Assembly: GCA_965116905.1 (NCBI GenBank)
Contig: OZ220732.1
Coordinates: 544,001-608,000, forward strand
From: Longimicrobiales bacterium
GTDB lineage: Bacteria > Gemmatimonadota > Gemmatimonadetes > Longimicrobiales > Gaopeijiaceae
Direction of reading: 5' to 3'
DNA: 64,000 nucleotides
Positions 1 to 10,329 of the stretch are shown here, piece by piece. A program made the position numbers and the translations under genes. The notes under the pieces are model-generated. The model had not been told where the DNA came from, did not search any database, and saw only the letters and a program-made list of their open reading frames with translations. Numbering within the stretch: position 1 is the stretch's first letter; the number at the start of each line of letters is the position of its first letter.

Positions 1-149
1 GCGCGTGAGGGATTCAGGGCCGAGGGCCTGGCGGCCACACAGGACTGGTACGCGCCCGCCGATCCCGAAGACGCGGCCGAACTCGCCGGTCCGACAGCGC
101 CGTGAGCCCATCCGCCTCACCGCGCACCGTCGATCGCGCACCGCCCGGC

Positions 150-3100
150 ATGACCGACGACGAAATCGTCGCCGCGATCGCCACCGCCGTTCACGACCCC
201 TTCCGCGCCCTGTGGCGGGACCAGGACGAACGGGCCTGGCAACCCATTCGCCACGTCCTAGCACACGCAACGGCCGCGCATGCGGACGCTGTCGAACAGC
301 TCGCGGCTACCGACGGCCCGCCTGAGGAATACCGCCGCCGCGCGGCGCGTGACGTACTCAAGCCCATCCGTCTCGCCCTGCTTCGGGCCGACCTCGCCAC
401 GCGGCTCCACGGCCACCTGGAGGCGACGACGGGGGATGTGCGCGCCGCCCTGGAGGAACTGCCCGTGCGGGTGCGCACTCCACTGGCGCCCACCGCGCTT
501 CAGCATCGTCGCGGACTGGGAGCCGCAGAACGACTCCGACGGTTCACCGCGCGGGCGTTGCGCCCCATCGTTTGGCGGCGCAAGGACCACGATGTCGAGG
601 TGGCCCGCCTCGCGCGTCAACATCTCGAGTCGCATGTAATTCCGGCCCAGGCCCGAGCCTTCCGCGCCAGTCAGCGCGCCCGGGCCGAATGGCTGGGACG
701 CATGGAGCGCGCATGGTCCGTGTGGACTGTCACCGGCGCGGGCCGTGCCGCAGATGGAGTGCCGGGGGTCCAGGCGGTGCCGGAGGCCGATGGAGTGCCG
801 GCGGCCGCGGAGAAGCTCCAGAGCGAGTTGAGCGCACTGTTCGACGGCATTTCGGAGGCGTCGGGGCACGCGAAAGGCCGGGATTTCGAGGGCCTGACCC
901 ATCGCCTGAACGCGACCGTGGCCGTGGCCGGGACGTTTGTCGCCAGCGGGGATTCCGGGACTTCCGGGGTCCGCAAGACCCGGGATCTGGCGCGCCAGTG
1001 GGACGAATGGGCCGTGCAGGCGGCAAGGCGCCTGGAGCTTCTTCACCGCCTGCTGGGGGCAACGACAGGCACCCGCGCGATCAGCCGGCGCATGGTCGAG
1101 AGCTGGGGACGCACTGTCCAGGAGGCGGATGGCGTGTTGGAGACGTTGGAGAGTGAGCTGCGCGCCGCAATCGCGCGCGCTTCGCGATCGATGTCGGTCG
1201 CAGCGGAGCTGTCGGAGGCGTTGCGCCGGGAGCAGACCAGAACGGTAGATCGGCTGAGCAAGTCGGCCGGGGCGCTGGATGCACCGTCCCGTTTTGCACG
1301 CAAGCTGACCGCCGGGGCGGAAGAGGCCGTCGCCGACATTGAGGCACTCTGCCTGCAATTGCCCGAATCGCTGGCCGTCCACGACCTTCCCGATGCCGGT
1401 GAGCCCATCCGTGCTCCGGGGCGGGACGTGCGGGAGGTCGAAGTGCGGGACGCTGCCGTCCAGGCATTCGATACGCTCAGAATGGAGCGCATTCACACGG
1501 CGCCGCAGGCGGTGGCTCGCGCGCTGGAGGACGCCGGCGGGCAGGTCACGGAACTCATTGAAGTGTCCTCCTACGGATACGAGGCGGCGATCGCCGAAAT
1601 CTCGGACACGGGCAACGCCGAGCCCGGGCAGGCGATCGCCCTCGTCTCCAACGGGCTCGAGAGAGCAGGCGACAAGGCCAATCGGGCGCGCGAAGAACTG
1701 GACAGCGGGTTCCGGGCCGCGGTGCAACGCGCCCTTGCCGAGGTCGACGAGGGCACGGACCGGCTCACGCGGCGGGTCACGGCGGACCGCCTGACCGCAG
1801 GCTACCTGGATGCGCGATCCTACGTGGCGACCGAAGTGGTGCAGGATTGGCGGCGTTGGCGGAGCCGCCTCGCGGATCTGGGCCGCCGCGTCGCCGTGGG
1901 AATCGGGAGCCTGGGCAGGTTGCTCCGCCCCCTGGCCAGCACCCTGGGCATCCGTCCCCCGCCACCGGGCACGACCGACCTCCGCGCACACACGCTGGCC
2001 TCGGCCGCCGAGTTCGTCCGCACGCTGCCGATTGTCTACCGCCGCCTGTTCGCTTTTGAGCCGCTGACAGACCCGGGCCTGCTCGCCGGAAGGGAAGATG
2101 CGCTTGCCGAGCTCGCGGCCGACTGGGAACGCTGGCAGGCCGGCGGGCCGGGATGCCAGGTCGTGGTGACCCCGCCGGGCGCGGGCATCACGAGCTTTCT
2201 GAACGTCGTGGCCGGACGCTTCGCCGACGACGAGCCGAACGCCGTGAGGAAGATCCTGCGTGAACGAATCCGTGACGAAGCCGTGCTCGCGGCGACCCTT
2301 GCCGACTGGCTGGGACTTGAAGAGACCGCCGACCTCGACCTCCTGGCCGAACGCGTTCTCGAGACACCGGCCGGTACGATCCCCCGCGTCGTAATCCTTG
2401 AAAGCGCCGAGCACCTGCACCTCCGCGTTCGCGGCGGAAGCCGTCTCTTCGAGCGCCTTCTCGGCCTCATGGCCAGGACCGAGGCCCGGATCTTCTGGGT
2501 CGTTTCGCTGACTTCATCGGCCTGGCAACTGGTCCGCAAACGTGCGCCGGGCTACGTCACCGACGTCAAGCGCATCCCTCTCTCGCCCCTTACCCCGGAT
2601 CAGCTGCGAGACGCGATCCTCGCACGCCACCTGCGCAGCGGCCTCCCCCTGCAGTACGCCCAGCCGACTCGTGGACGCGAGGCGATCCGCACCCGGGCGC
2701 AGCAGATGCGCCGAAGCGACAAGCAACAGCACCTGATCGAGAAGAGCTACTTCGAGCGGCTGCACAGGGCTGCCCACGGCTCCATCCGTCTGGCGCTCTT
2801 CCACTGGCTGCGGTCAGCCGACTTCCAGACCCTGGAGGGAAGCCTGCTCGTTCAGCCGCTGGAGCCGCTCAGTCCACAGCTGGACATGCTCGACCTGACC
2901 CAGAGCTTTGCGCTCAAGGCGATCCTCGACCACGGCACGCTGACCGTCGACGAATACCGTGAGGTGGCCCGTGCGCCCGCGCCCCAGGCTCCGCACACCT
3001 TCCGGTCCCTCATGGACCAGCATGTGATCGAGCTCCCCGGCGGCGCCGACGGATCGAACGGCCCGGATCACGCACAGACGGACCGCTATCGGGTCAGGCC

Positions 3101-3155
3101 CTTCATGAGCGGAGCGGTGATCGCCCACCTGCGATCCCGCAATATCCTGCACTAG
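150..3155 (+). CDS. Large protein with helical N-terminal region and C-terminal AAA/P-loop NTPase-like domain (degenerate Walker A)
   Basis: ORF open from GTG102, ATG at 150; 'LLAGREDALAEL' followed by 'VVVTPPGAGITSF' (Walker A-like, K->I) and 'VVILESAEHL' (Walker B-like); start uncertain. Confidence 0.6.
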   Translation: MTDDEIVAAIATAVHDPFRALWRDQDERAWQPIRHVLAHATAAHADAVEQLAATDGPPEEYRRRAARDVLKPIRLALLRADLATRLHGHLEATTGDVRAALEELPVRVRTPLAPTALQHRRGLGAAERLRRFTARALRPIVWRRKDHDVEVARLARQHLESHVIPAQARAFRASQRARAEWLGRMERAWSVWTVTGAGRAADGVPGVQAVPEADGVPAAAEKLQSELSALFDGISEASGHAKGRDFEGLTHRLNATVAVAGTFVASGDSGTSGVRKTRDLARQWDEWAVQAARRLELLHRLLGATTGTRAISRRMVESWGRTVQEADGVLETLESELRAAIARASRSMSVAAELSEALRREQTRTVDRLSKSAGALDAPSRFARKLTAGAEEAVADIEALCLQLPESLAVHDLPDAGEPIRAPGRDVREVEVRDAAVQAFDTLRMERIHTAPQAVARALEDAGGQVTELIEVSSYGYEAAIAEISDTGNAEPGQAIALVSNGLERAGDKANRAREELDSGFRAAVQRALAEVDEGTDRLTRRVTADRLTAGYLDARSYVATEVVQDWRRWRSRLADLGRRVAVGIGSLGRLLRPLASTLGIRPPPPGTTDLRAHTLASAAEFVRTLPIVYRRLFAFEPLTDPGLLAGREDALAELAADWERWQAGGPGCQVVVTPPGAGITSFLNVVAGRFADDEPNAVRKILRERIRDEAVLAATLADWLGLEETADLDLLAERVLETPAGTIPRVVILESAEHLHLRVRGGSRLFERLLGLMARTEARIFWVVSLTSSAWQLVRKRAPGYVTDVKRIPLSPLTPDQLRDAILARHLRSGLPLQYAQPTRGREAIRTRAQQMRRSDKQQHLIEKSYFERLHRAAHGSIRLALFHWLRSADFQTLEGSLLVQPLEPLSPQLDMLDLTQSFALKAILDHGTLTVDEYREVARAPAPQAPHTFRSLMDQHVIELPGGADGSNGPDHAQTDRYRVRPFMSGAVIAHLRSRNILH

Positions 3156-3186
3156 CCGGCGGCGGCGTCCGGTGCCACCCGCCGGC
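3155..3186. terminator. GC-rich hairpin between convergent genes
   Basis: GCCGGCGG (3155-3162) / CCGCCGGC (3179-3186) inverted repeat; no U-tract. Confidence 0.35.
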
Positions 3187-3202
3187 GGAACGGTCCGGAC
3201 GG

Positions 3203-3403
3203 TCAGGCTCGAATCACATTCGCCGCCTGCAGGCCCCGTTCCGTTTCCCGGAGTTCAAACTCCACCTCTTCTCCCTCGGCGAGGGTTCGAAAGCCCTCGC
3301 CCTGAATCGAGGTGAAGTGAACGAAGACGTCCTCGCCCGCAGACCGGGAGATGAATCCGTAGCCCTTTGCATCGTTGAACCACTTGACCGTCCCTCTCGC
3401 CAT
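3203..3403 (-). CDS. cspA: Cold-shock protein (CspA family)
   Basis: [15 protein letters not shown] and [12 protein letters not shown] motifs; 66 aa; GAAGGA upstream of ATG3403. Confidence 0.95.
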   Translation of the reverse strand: MARGTVKWFNDAKGYGFISRSAGEDVFVHFTSIQGEGFRTLAEGEEVEFELRETERGLQAANVIRA

Positions 3404-3477
3404 TCCTGCCATCCTTCGAAGATTTGGTTGTGCGTTCGGACGCTTCCAGGGAGGAACGCGCCCGCGATAACGGCTGC

Positions 3478-3507
3478 ATGATGGGGATGCGCGGCCAAGG
3501 GCGTCAA
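3478..3507 (-). promoter_or_regulatory. Candidate sigma70 promoter for csp
   Basis: TTGACG-N18-CATCAT on minus strand. Confidence 0.4.
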
Positions 3508-3533
3508 GCGACTGGCCGCGGGCAATCGAACGG

Positions 3534-5171
3534 CTATCCGGTGAACTCCAGCGTCCCGATCCGGTCGCGCACCCTGTGCGTCACGAACCGGGGCATCAGC
3601 AGGGCCGCTACCGTGAGCACGGCGATCACCGCCACGGTGTTCAGCGGATGCGCATACGCCACCCAGAGCAACAGCGGCAACAGCCCCACGCCGACCGCTC
3701 CGAAGAGCATGACCCCCATCACCGGACCGATCTTTGTCCCGGTGCGGGGCGGCGCCGCGAAGGGAAGACGTGGCGCGGCGATCAGCACCGCGTGGACCAG
3801 AATGTGGCCCATGAGGCCGAGCACCAGCACGTGTGCGACCGCATGCCAAAAATTGCCAAACGCCCAGGCCAGGACCCCGGCGAGCATGACGAGATACGGG
3901 ATCAGGAAGAAGACGGTCACGCAGTTGCCGGAGTTGCTGACCAGCCTTGCCCGGTCGACAGGGGCCGCGAAGAACACCCAGGCCGCCTTGTAGGATTCGC
4001 TCCGGAAGAGGTTCTCCATCAACATCAGCGGCATGCCCAGCACGGCGAAGTGAATGAGAAACAGGTTGCTGGCTCCGAAGCCCAGCTCCACGAAGGGATC
4101 GGGGAGCGGTCCTTCCCGGAGTCCCATGAAGACGTACAGCACCGTGACCGGCAGAATGGCCAGGACACCGAGCCTGAAGTTCATGTCGTCCCGGAACTGT
4201 CCGCGCACCAGCGTCGCAACGGCGCGCAGTTCGGGAGACATCCGGACTCGCGCCGATCCGCCAGTCCCCCGCGACCCCCGCGACCGCCGCGGCCGCCGCG
4301 GACCCGTGCTTCTCGACGCCATGGCACCCAGGCGTTCGGCGTAGGACAACGACAGTCGGCCCCCGACGTAGCGAACGAGGACGAAGATGCTACCGAACGC
4401 GACGGCCGCGGACACCAGGATCGACGCGCTCCAATTCCCCTCGGCCAGGGGAAGCAGGCTCGCGAACCATGTCGAAGGCAGCACCAGGAGCTGGATCGGT
4501 GGATCGACCGCGTTGGTCGGAAGCCAGTCCGTCATCGTGACCAGGGCCAGCGGAGCGAACACCGCGAATCCCGCCACGAGCTGCAGGTAGGACAGCACGC
4601 GCCGCAGGCGTCGCTGCGGGATCAGGTGTATCATCGCGGCGTACATGTACAGCATCGCCAGCGTGGTCCAGATGATGACCCCGGCCAACGCCGCAATCCA
4701 CGCCGCCGCCACCAGCGGACCGTAGACCACCAGAAACGCGATCGTCGCGAATCCCCCCATGAGGCTGCCGGTTATTCCGGTGTACAGCAGGACACTGGTC
4801 ACCTTCACGACGAAGTAGGTACGCGAGGAGATGGGCTGATGGCCCAGGATCTCGTAGTCGTTCGCCGAAACGACCACCGACTGGAAATCGACCAGAATCG
4901 ATGTCGCGATCATGATGCAGATCATGAGAAGCACAAGCGTGCCCGACATGAAGGCACCCGGCACTTCCACGGCGATGAAGCTGTTGTAGAGGCCGAACAG
5001 ACCATACATCACGAGCGTGCCCCAGGGGATCTTGCGGCCGCGCTTTTCCTTGCCGGTTGTCGACTGAAGGGCCTTGGCCGTGCGCAGCTGGCTCTTCAGC
5101 ATCGTCCGGGTGAGTACGCGCCACTGGGAGTAGTCGGCTCCCGTCGCTTCGACCACCCACCGTCCGAGCAT
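3534..5171 (-). CDS. ABC transporter permease (multi-TM membrane protein)
   Basis: Many hydrophobic segments; start abuts the stop of the upstream ABC ATPase. Confidence 0.75.
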   Translation of the reverse strand: MLGRWVVEATGADYSQWRVLTRTMLKSQLRTAKALQSTTGKEKRGRKIPWGTLVMYGLFGLYNSFIAVEVPGAFMSGTLVLLMICIMIATSILVDFQSVVVSANDYEILGHQPISSRTYFVVKVTSVLLYTGITGSLMGGFATIAFLVVYGPLVAAAWIAALAGVIIWTTLAMLYMYAAMIHLIPQRRLRRVLSYLQLVAGFAVFAPLALVTMTDWLPTNAVDPPIQLLVLPSTWFASLLPLAEGNWSASILVSAAVAFGSIFVLVRYVGGRLSLSYAERLGAMASRSTGPRRPRRSRGSRGTGGSARVRMSPELRAVATLVRGQFRDDMNFRLGVLAILPVTVLYVFMGLREGPLPDPFVELGFGASNLFLIHFAVLGMPLMLMENLFRSESYKAAWVFFAAPVDRARLVSNSGNCVTVFFLIPYLVMLAGVLAWAFGNFWHAVAHVLVLGLMGHILVHAVLIAAPRLPFAAPPRTGTKIGPVMGVMLFGAVGVGLLPLLLWVAYAHPLNTVAVIAVLTVAALLMPRFVTHRVRDRIGTLEFTG

Positions 5172-6004
5172 CAGGTCGTATCGCTATCCGTGGGGCCGGA
5201 GCGGGGTCCTGGGTCGGTCGGCAGCGCAGCTACCGGGGCGCCCGAATCCAGCGCGGTCAGGAGCCCGCGCGTAACCTCGGCCGCGTCACGCTTGCCGGTC
5301 AGTCGGGCGAACGCCTGCTCAAGGCTGGTGGCACCCGCCTCGGCTGCGATCGTCGCGGCGGTGCCTTCGGTGACCTTCCGTGCCTCGTCGATGATCACGA
5401 TCCGGGTGCAGATTCGCTCCACCACTTCGAGAATGTGCGAGCAGAAAAGGATCGTCCGCCCCTGCGAGGCCAGCTCGCGCAGCAGTTCCTTGACCACCAG
5501 GGCGGCGTTGGCGTCAAGGCCGTTCAGGGGTTCGTCCAGAAAGAGCACCTCCGGGTTGCCGATCAGCGCCGAGGTGATCAGCACCTTCTGCTTCATCCCC
5601 TTGGAGTGTTCCGAAAGCAGCTGATCCAGCGAGTCGAGCATTCCGAAGAGATCCAGCAACTCGTCGATCCTCCTGCCGGCGGCTTCGGCCTCGATGCCCC
5701 GCAAGCTCGAGACCATCATGAGGTACTCTCGCGCAGTCAGTGCCTCGTACATCGCCCCGGCTTCCGGCACGTACCCCAGACGCCTCTTGACCTCCATGGG
5801 GTCCTGCACCACATCGAACCCCGCCACCCGGGCCGACCCCCGCGATGGCCTGATCATGCAGGTGAGGATTTTCACCGTGGTGGTCTTGCCCGCTCCGTTC
5901 GGCCCCAGAAAGCCGAGGATCTCGCCCGGCTCCACCCGCATGTCGAGTTCCTTGACGGCTGCCTTGCGGTCGAAGTAGCGGGTCAGCTGCAGCGTCTCGA
6001 TCAT
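5171..6004 (-). CDS. ABC transporter ATP-binding protein
   Basis: GPNGAGKTT Walker A, SKGMKQK signature, LFLDEP Walker B; ATG6004 overlaps slt stop (ATGA). Confidence 0.95.
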   Translation of the reverse strand: MIETLQLTRYFDRKAAVKELDMRVEPGEILGFLGPNGAGKTTTVKILTCMIRPSRGSARVAGFDVVQDPMEVKRRLGYVPEAGAMYEALTAREYLMMVSSLRGIEAEAAGRRIDELLDLFGMLDSLDQLLSEHSKGMKQKVLITSALIGNPEVLFLDEPLNGLDANAALVVKELLRELASQGRTILFCSHILEVVERICTRIVIIDEARKVTEGTAATIAAEAGATSLEQAFARLTGKRDAAEVTRGLLTALDSGAPVAALPTDPGPRSGPTDSDTT

Positions 6005-8469
6005 GGGGCCGGTCTCGGCGCCGCGGCCTCGCCGTACAGCCACCGGTACAGGGCCCGATTCCGCACCACGCTCTTCACGTAGCCGCGTGTCTCGGCGAAG
6101 GGGATGCGCTCGGTGAAGCGGTGGGGGTCCTCCGCTTCCGGAAAACGCCGCCAACGGTTGGCGCGGCTCGGTCCCGCGTTGTAGGCCGACAGCACCAGCG
6201 GGATGTCGCCCTCGTAGCGGCGCATGAGGTCGGCCAGGAATCGGGCGCCGAGGTGCACGTTCAGCTCCGGTGTCTCGAGCGTTTCGGTGCGAAAGCCGCG
6301 GGGCCCGATCCGGCCGGCCAGCTGCCGGCCGGTCGCGGGCATCACCTGCATGAGACCGATCGCGCCCGCCGGCGACACGATGTCCGGGACGAAGGCGCTC
6401 TCCTGGCGGATGATCCCGGCGACGAGATAGGGGTCGAGCCCCAGGTCCCGCGCACGGGATTCCACGAGTTCGCGGTGGGGGAAGGGGTACACGACCTGAA
6501 GCAGTGTCCGGTCCCACGGCCTGCCCTCGCCTCGAAGCTGCAGTCCCACGCGAATCCCTTCGAGCACGTGCCCGTTGGCGTGGAGGGCCAGCCCGAGACC
6601 GAGCAGGGCGTCGTCGGAACCGTCGGCCATGGTTTTCATCGAGGCGATCCGGGAAGCGACCGCCTCTTCCAGCCCGGCGTCGTCCAGCAACGCCAGGATG
6701 TCCAGCTCGGGCGCAAGCCATTCGGGTTCGGCGGGAACGGTCGCCTCCGCGGCGCCCACGGCCGCCCCCTCGGCGCCGACAGCCGCCTCCGCGATCCGTG
6801 CGACTGCGTCTTCGGCCGGAGCCCCCGTGTCGGTCAGGACCGGGCGGAACACCGAGTCGGCCGACGGATCGGCGAGGAACGCGTAGTAGGATGTCGGACT
6901 CTCCTCGCGGATCCGCGCCCGCAGCGCCTCGGCATCCGCCGAATCACCGGTCTGGTCGGCCAGGTGCGCACCCCAGTAGCTCGCCTCCTCCCAGCGACGC
7001 CCGGCCGGGAAGTCCTCCAGGTAGCCCAGGAAGACCTGGCGGGCGGCCTCGGTCTCGTTGCGGGCCAGGTGGATCTGCCCCCAGCGCATCCGCGCCAGGC
7101 CGGCCCGATCCGCCGAGGGAGACATGGAAACGACCTGCCGGTAGTGCTCGACAGCCTGGCCGAGCCGCCCCGCGTCCTGGTGGTCGTCGCCCCGGAAAAA
7201 GATGACATCCAGCGCCGCCGGACTGGACGGATACCGTTCCACGAGACGGTCCTGCAGCGTGCGAGCGTCGCCGTAGCGTCCCTGCCGGGACCGGATGGCC
7301 GCCCACGCCTGCAGTGCGGCCGCCGCGATCCCCGGGTCCTCGGCGCCCGAAAGCTCGCGGTAGACCTCCACTGCCCGCGTGCGGTCCGCGCTGCCGTTGT
7401 AGGCACGTGCCAGCGCGAGGCGCTCGCGGTCGGTGAGGACGCCTCCCCGCGTGGCCACGAGCCGCCAGGCACGCACCGCGAAGCCGAACTCGCCGCCGCT
7501 TCCCATGGCCGCCGCGACGAGGCGGAGTATCTCCGGGCCGGACCCGGTAGCCACGCGCCAGTGCGCCATCGCGGCCTGGGTCGCCGCTCTGCCGCGGGTC
7601 GTGCGTTGCAGAAGGTTCTCCATCGCGGCGACCGACCCGGCCGTGTCTCCCAGCGCCAGCCTGAAACGCCATTCGCGGTCGAGGAGCCCGGTGCGCGCCG
7701 CCGCTGCGGCCTCCCCGCCCCCGGACGCAATGGCCACGAGGGACGCAAGCGCGCGTGTGGTATCCCCCGCGACGGCCCACGCATCCATCTCCAGCGCCCA
7801 ACCCAACTCCCGGACGGCCGGGTCCCCGATCAGGCCAAGCAGGTTGCGCACCGCCCCGGCCTCACCCGCGGCGGAATGCACACGCGCAGCGGCGAGTGCC
7901 GTCCAGTCGGCCAGCGCAGGGGCCCCATCGCGAATCGCGCCCACATGCTCGGCCGCGAGGTCCGCCGCGCCCCTCGCCGCCTCGGAGCGCGCCAGACGGG
8001 AATGCGCGATGAGCGTCTCGCGGGCGCCGGGGACGGCCGTGTCGACGAAGCGGGAAAACGCGGACACGGCACCCCCGGCGTCACCCGCGGCCTGGCGCGC
8101 GGTGCCCAGCACGAACCAGGCCCGGGGCGGCACGGGCCCCGCGTCACCCGCTCCCGGAGCGAGCGCGGACACGGCTCCGTCCCAGTTCTTCCACCCGGCC
8201 TCGGCCTCCGCCAGCACCAGACGGTCGGCCCAGGAAGCCGACTCGACCGGCGCCAGGTTAGTACGCAGCGCACGGCTGGCCTTCCAGTGACGACCGTCGG
8301 CCAGATCCCGACGGATCGAATCGGGTATGGACGCGCCTACGGCGGCCCCGGGCTGCTCCTGGCCCGAAAGGGAGGTCGCGGCACACGCGGCAGAGACCGC
8401 CGCCACCGCAAAAAGACCCCGGGCAGCCCGCGGCGCGATTCCCGCTTCAACAAGGCGGGAATGTCGCAC
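6001..8469 (-). CDS. Soluble lytic murein transglycosylase with TPR region (Slt70-like)
   Basis: C-terminal IIRQES, GAIGLMQVMP, AYNAG and ETRGYV SLT motifs; signal peptide; TPR-like helices. Confidence 0.9.
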   Translation of the reverse strand: MRHSRLVEAGIAPRAARGLFAVAAVSAACAATSLSGQEQPGAAVGASIPDSIRRDLADGRHWKASRALRTNLAPVESASWADRLVLAEAEAGWKNWDGAVSALAPGAGDAGPVPPRAWFVLGTARQAAGDAGGAVSAFSRFVDTAVPGARETLIAHSRLARSEAARGAADLAAEHVGAIRDGAPALADWTALAAARVHSAAGEAGAVRNLLGLIGDPAVRELGWALEMDAWAVAGDTTRALASLVAIASGGGEAAAAARTGLLDREWRFRLALGDTAGSVAAMENLLQRTTRGRAATQAAMAHWRVATGSGPEILRLVAAAMGSGGEFGFAVRAWRLVATRGGVLTDRERLALARAYNGSADRTRAVEVYRELSGAEDPGIAAAALQAWAAIRSRQGRYGDARTLQDRLVERYPSSPAALDVIFFRGDDHQDAGRLGQAVEHYRQVVSMSPSADRAGLARMRWGQIHLARNETEAARQVFLGYLEDFPAGRRWEEASYWGAHLADQTGDSADAEALRARIREESPTSYYAFLADPSADSVFRPVLTDTGAPAEDAVARIAEAAVGAEGAAVGAAEATVPAEPEWLAPELDILALLDDAGLEEAVASRIASMKTMADGSDDALLGLGLALHANGHVLEGIRVGLQLRGEGRPWDRTLLQVVYPFPHRELVESRARDLGLDPYLVAGIIRQESAFVPDIVSPAGAIGLMQVMPATGRQLAGRIGPRGFRTETLETPELNVHLGARFLADLMRRYEGDIPLVLSAYNAGPSRANRWRRFPEAEDPHRFTERIPFAETRGYVKSVVRNRALYRWLYGEAAAPRPAP

Positions 8470-8498
8470 GCGGACTGCCCGGGGCGGGGGATCTCTGC

Positions 8499-9206
8499 TT
8501 AGTCGCCGGCCGACCGGCCCGCCTGCATCGCGAAGAGGGCGTCGATCATTTTCTGCGCCGACTCCTCCATGTCGATGACAAGATGGTCAATCCGTGACAC
8601 GAAGAAGTTGTGGGCGATGCTCACGGGTATCGCGATTGCGAGCCCGGCTGCCGTAGTCGTCAGGGCAATCTTGATGCCTGAAGCAACCGTGGTGGCGTCC
8701 ACTTCACCTGCCAACTCGATCGCCTGGAAGGCCGCGATCATCCCCATGACCGTCCCCAGGAAGCCGAGCAGCGGCGCGACGTTGGTGAGCGTCGCAAGTA
8801 CCACGAGCCCGCTCTCCAACTTGGACAGCTCGATGAGGCCCTGGTTTTCGATGGCCTTCATCACGCGATCCGTTCCTTCGTCCTGCCGCTCCAGCCCCGC
8901 GTGGAGGATGTTTGCGGCAGGGGAATCGGACTCGCGCGTAAGCTCGAGCGCTTCCTTGATCTGGTGCTGCGCCAGGAGCTCGTCGACCGCCCGAAGCACC
9001 TTCCGGGTGGAACTGCTCTTCCGGAAGATGTCGAAGAACTTCCAGATGATCACGATGATGCCCACCACCACACAGGCACCGAGAGGCCACCGCATGTCAC
9101 CGGCGTCCTCCCAGGACTGCGCCATCTGCTCGGTGAAGGTGAGATCTGGAGCTTCCATTCCGGGAAGCTGAAGCAGTGCGTCGAAAACGGTCATCAAGCT
9201 GGCCAA
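8499..9206 (-). CDS. MotA/TolQ/ExbB proton channel family protein
   Basis: APLLGFLGTVMGMI and ALTTTAAGLAIAIP motifs; TTG9206 preceded by AGGAGG. Confidence 0.9.
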   Translation of the reverse strand: MASLMTVFDALLQLPGMEAPDLTFTEQMAQSWEDAGDMRWPLGACVVVGIIVIIWKFFDIFRKSSSTRKVLRAVDELLAQHQIKEALELTRESDSPAANILHAGLERQDEGTDRVMKAIENQGLIELSKLESGLVVLATLTNVAPLLGFLGTVMGMIAAFQAIELAGEVDATTVASGIKIALTTTAAGLAIAIPVSIAHNFFVSRIDHLVIDMEESAQKMIDALFAMQAGRSAGD

Positions 9207-9311
9207 GGGAACCTCCTGCTTTCGGTCCTGTGCTGATGGTTGAAGTCGGCCGCGCCCAGCGCGCGACCCATGGAGTCTCGGACTTCCGGACCCATTTCGC
9301 AACGGCTTGCC

Positions 9312-9340
9312 ATAATGAGTATCGCTCGGGGGACTGTCAA
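9312..9340 (-). promoter_or_regulatory. Candidate sigma70 promoter for exbB-slt-ABC operon
   Basis: TTGACA-N17-CATTAT on minus strand. Confidence 0.6.
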
Positions 9341-9405
9341 GGACGCGAGAGTGCAAACCGGCGATGCCCCGGCGCCAACCAGCGGCGGGACAAACGCGGG
9401 GCCGC

Positions 9406-10329
9406 TCATCGGCGCCATGTCCACTGGGGGGAACCGTACTTCGTTTCCAACCTCGCCGCCATGGCGATCTCCTCCCGCGTCATCTCACCGCGCGCCCACA
9501 GTCCCCCGAATTCCTCGGCAAATCCCCGCCGAAACGCGTCCACCATGCTCTCCCACGGCGGAACCTCGCCGAGAATCTCGGAAAGCGTGATCGGACGGCC
9601 GACCGTGGCGGCCGCGGACACGACTCCCGTGAGGCGCCCGGAGTCCCCCCCATCGCCATCAGCCTCGCGGGCACCGGCCCCGTCGCCACCAACCCCGCGG
9701 GCTCCGGCTCCGCGGGCATCGGCCCCGGCGAAAAGCGCGCTCTGGTTCGCGACAAGGAGCATCGACCCGTGCTGGAGGATTGCGCCCCCGATGCGCGCCT
9801 GTGCGCTCCCCACAAGCTTCCGCCCCCGCACCACCACCTCCCCTTCGGCCGCCTCGAAGAAGCACGGACCCGAATCAGGCGCCGCTGCCCGTCCCGGGGC
9901 ACCCCCGGCGTCGACCCCCAGACGACGCAGCCCTCGCAGGAGGCCCCCGTTGATCTTGCGGTACGCGGCCCGCAGTCCACCGAATGCCCGCACCGGCAGG
10001 ACGACGCAGTATGTGAGCTCGCGGTCATGGATCACCGCGCGGCCGCCGGTGGGACGGCGCACCGCCTCCATGCCGGGACTCTGGCGGAGCAGTTCCCGGT
10101 ACCCGACGGTGACGGGCTCGTTGCGTCCAAACGAGAGCGTGGCGGATGCCCAACGGTAGAAGCGCACGGTGCCCTCGCCGGGACGTGCGAGTGCGGCGAG
10201 CGCATGATCGCGCGCCATGTTGGTCCTTCCCGGCAACTCCCCGTCCAGGAGGACCCGCCAGTCCAGGCCGCCGGATCCATTGGCCGCCGCGGACGGGCGG
10301 CTGCGGGTCGCGTCAGGGAACGTAGACAT
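9406..10329 (-). CDS. Lipoate-protein ligase A / octanoyltransferase (LplA/LipM family)
   Basis: NMARD, RRPTGGRAVIH, KLVGSAQ and LQHGS motifs; downstream of gcvH/gcvP. Confidence 0.9.
   Translation of the reverse strand: MSTFPDATRSRPSAAANGSGGLDWRVLLDGELPGRTNMARDHALAALARPGEGTVRFYRWASATLSFGRNEPVTVGYRELLRQSPGMEAVRRPTGGRAVIHDRELTYCVVLPVRAFGGLRAAYRKINGGLLRGLRRLGVDAGGAPGRAAAPDSGPCFFEAAEGEVVVRGRKLVGSAQARIGGAILQHGSMLLVANQSALFAGADARGAGARGVGGDGAGAREADGDGGDSGRLTGVVSAAATVGRPITLSEILGEVPPWESMVDAFRRGFAEEFGGLWARGEMTREEIAMAARLETKYGSPQWTWRR

Noticed and set aside
258..2420. Long antisense and alternate-frame ORFs throughout (e.g. 258-2420, 3576-5624, 6121-8502, 24205-26136, 55322-57430)
   Set aside because: Shadow ORFs of GC-rich coding DNA, lying opposite well-supported genes and lacking family motifs
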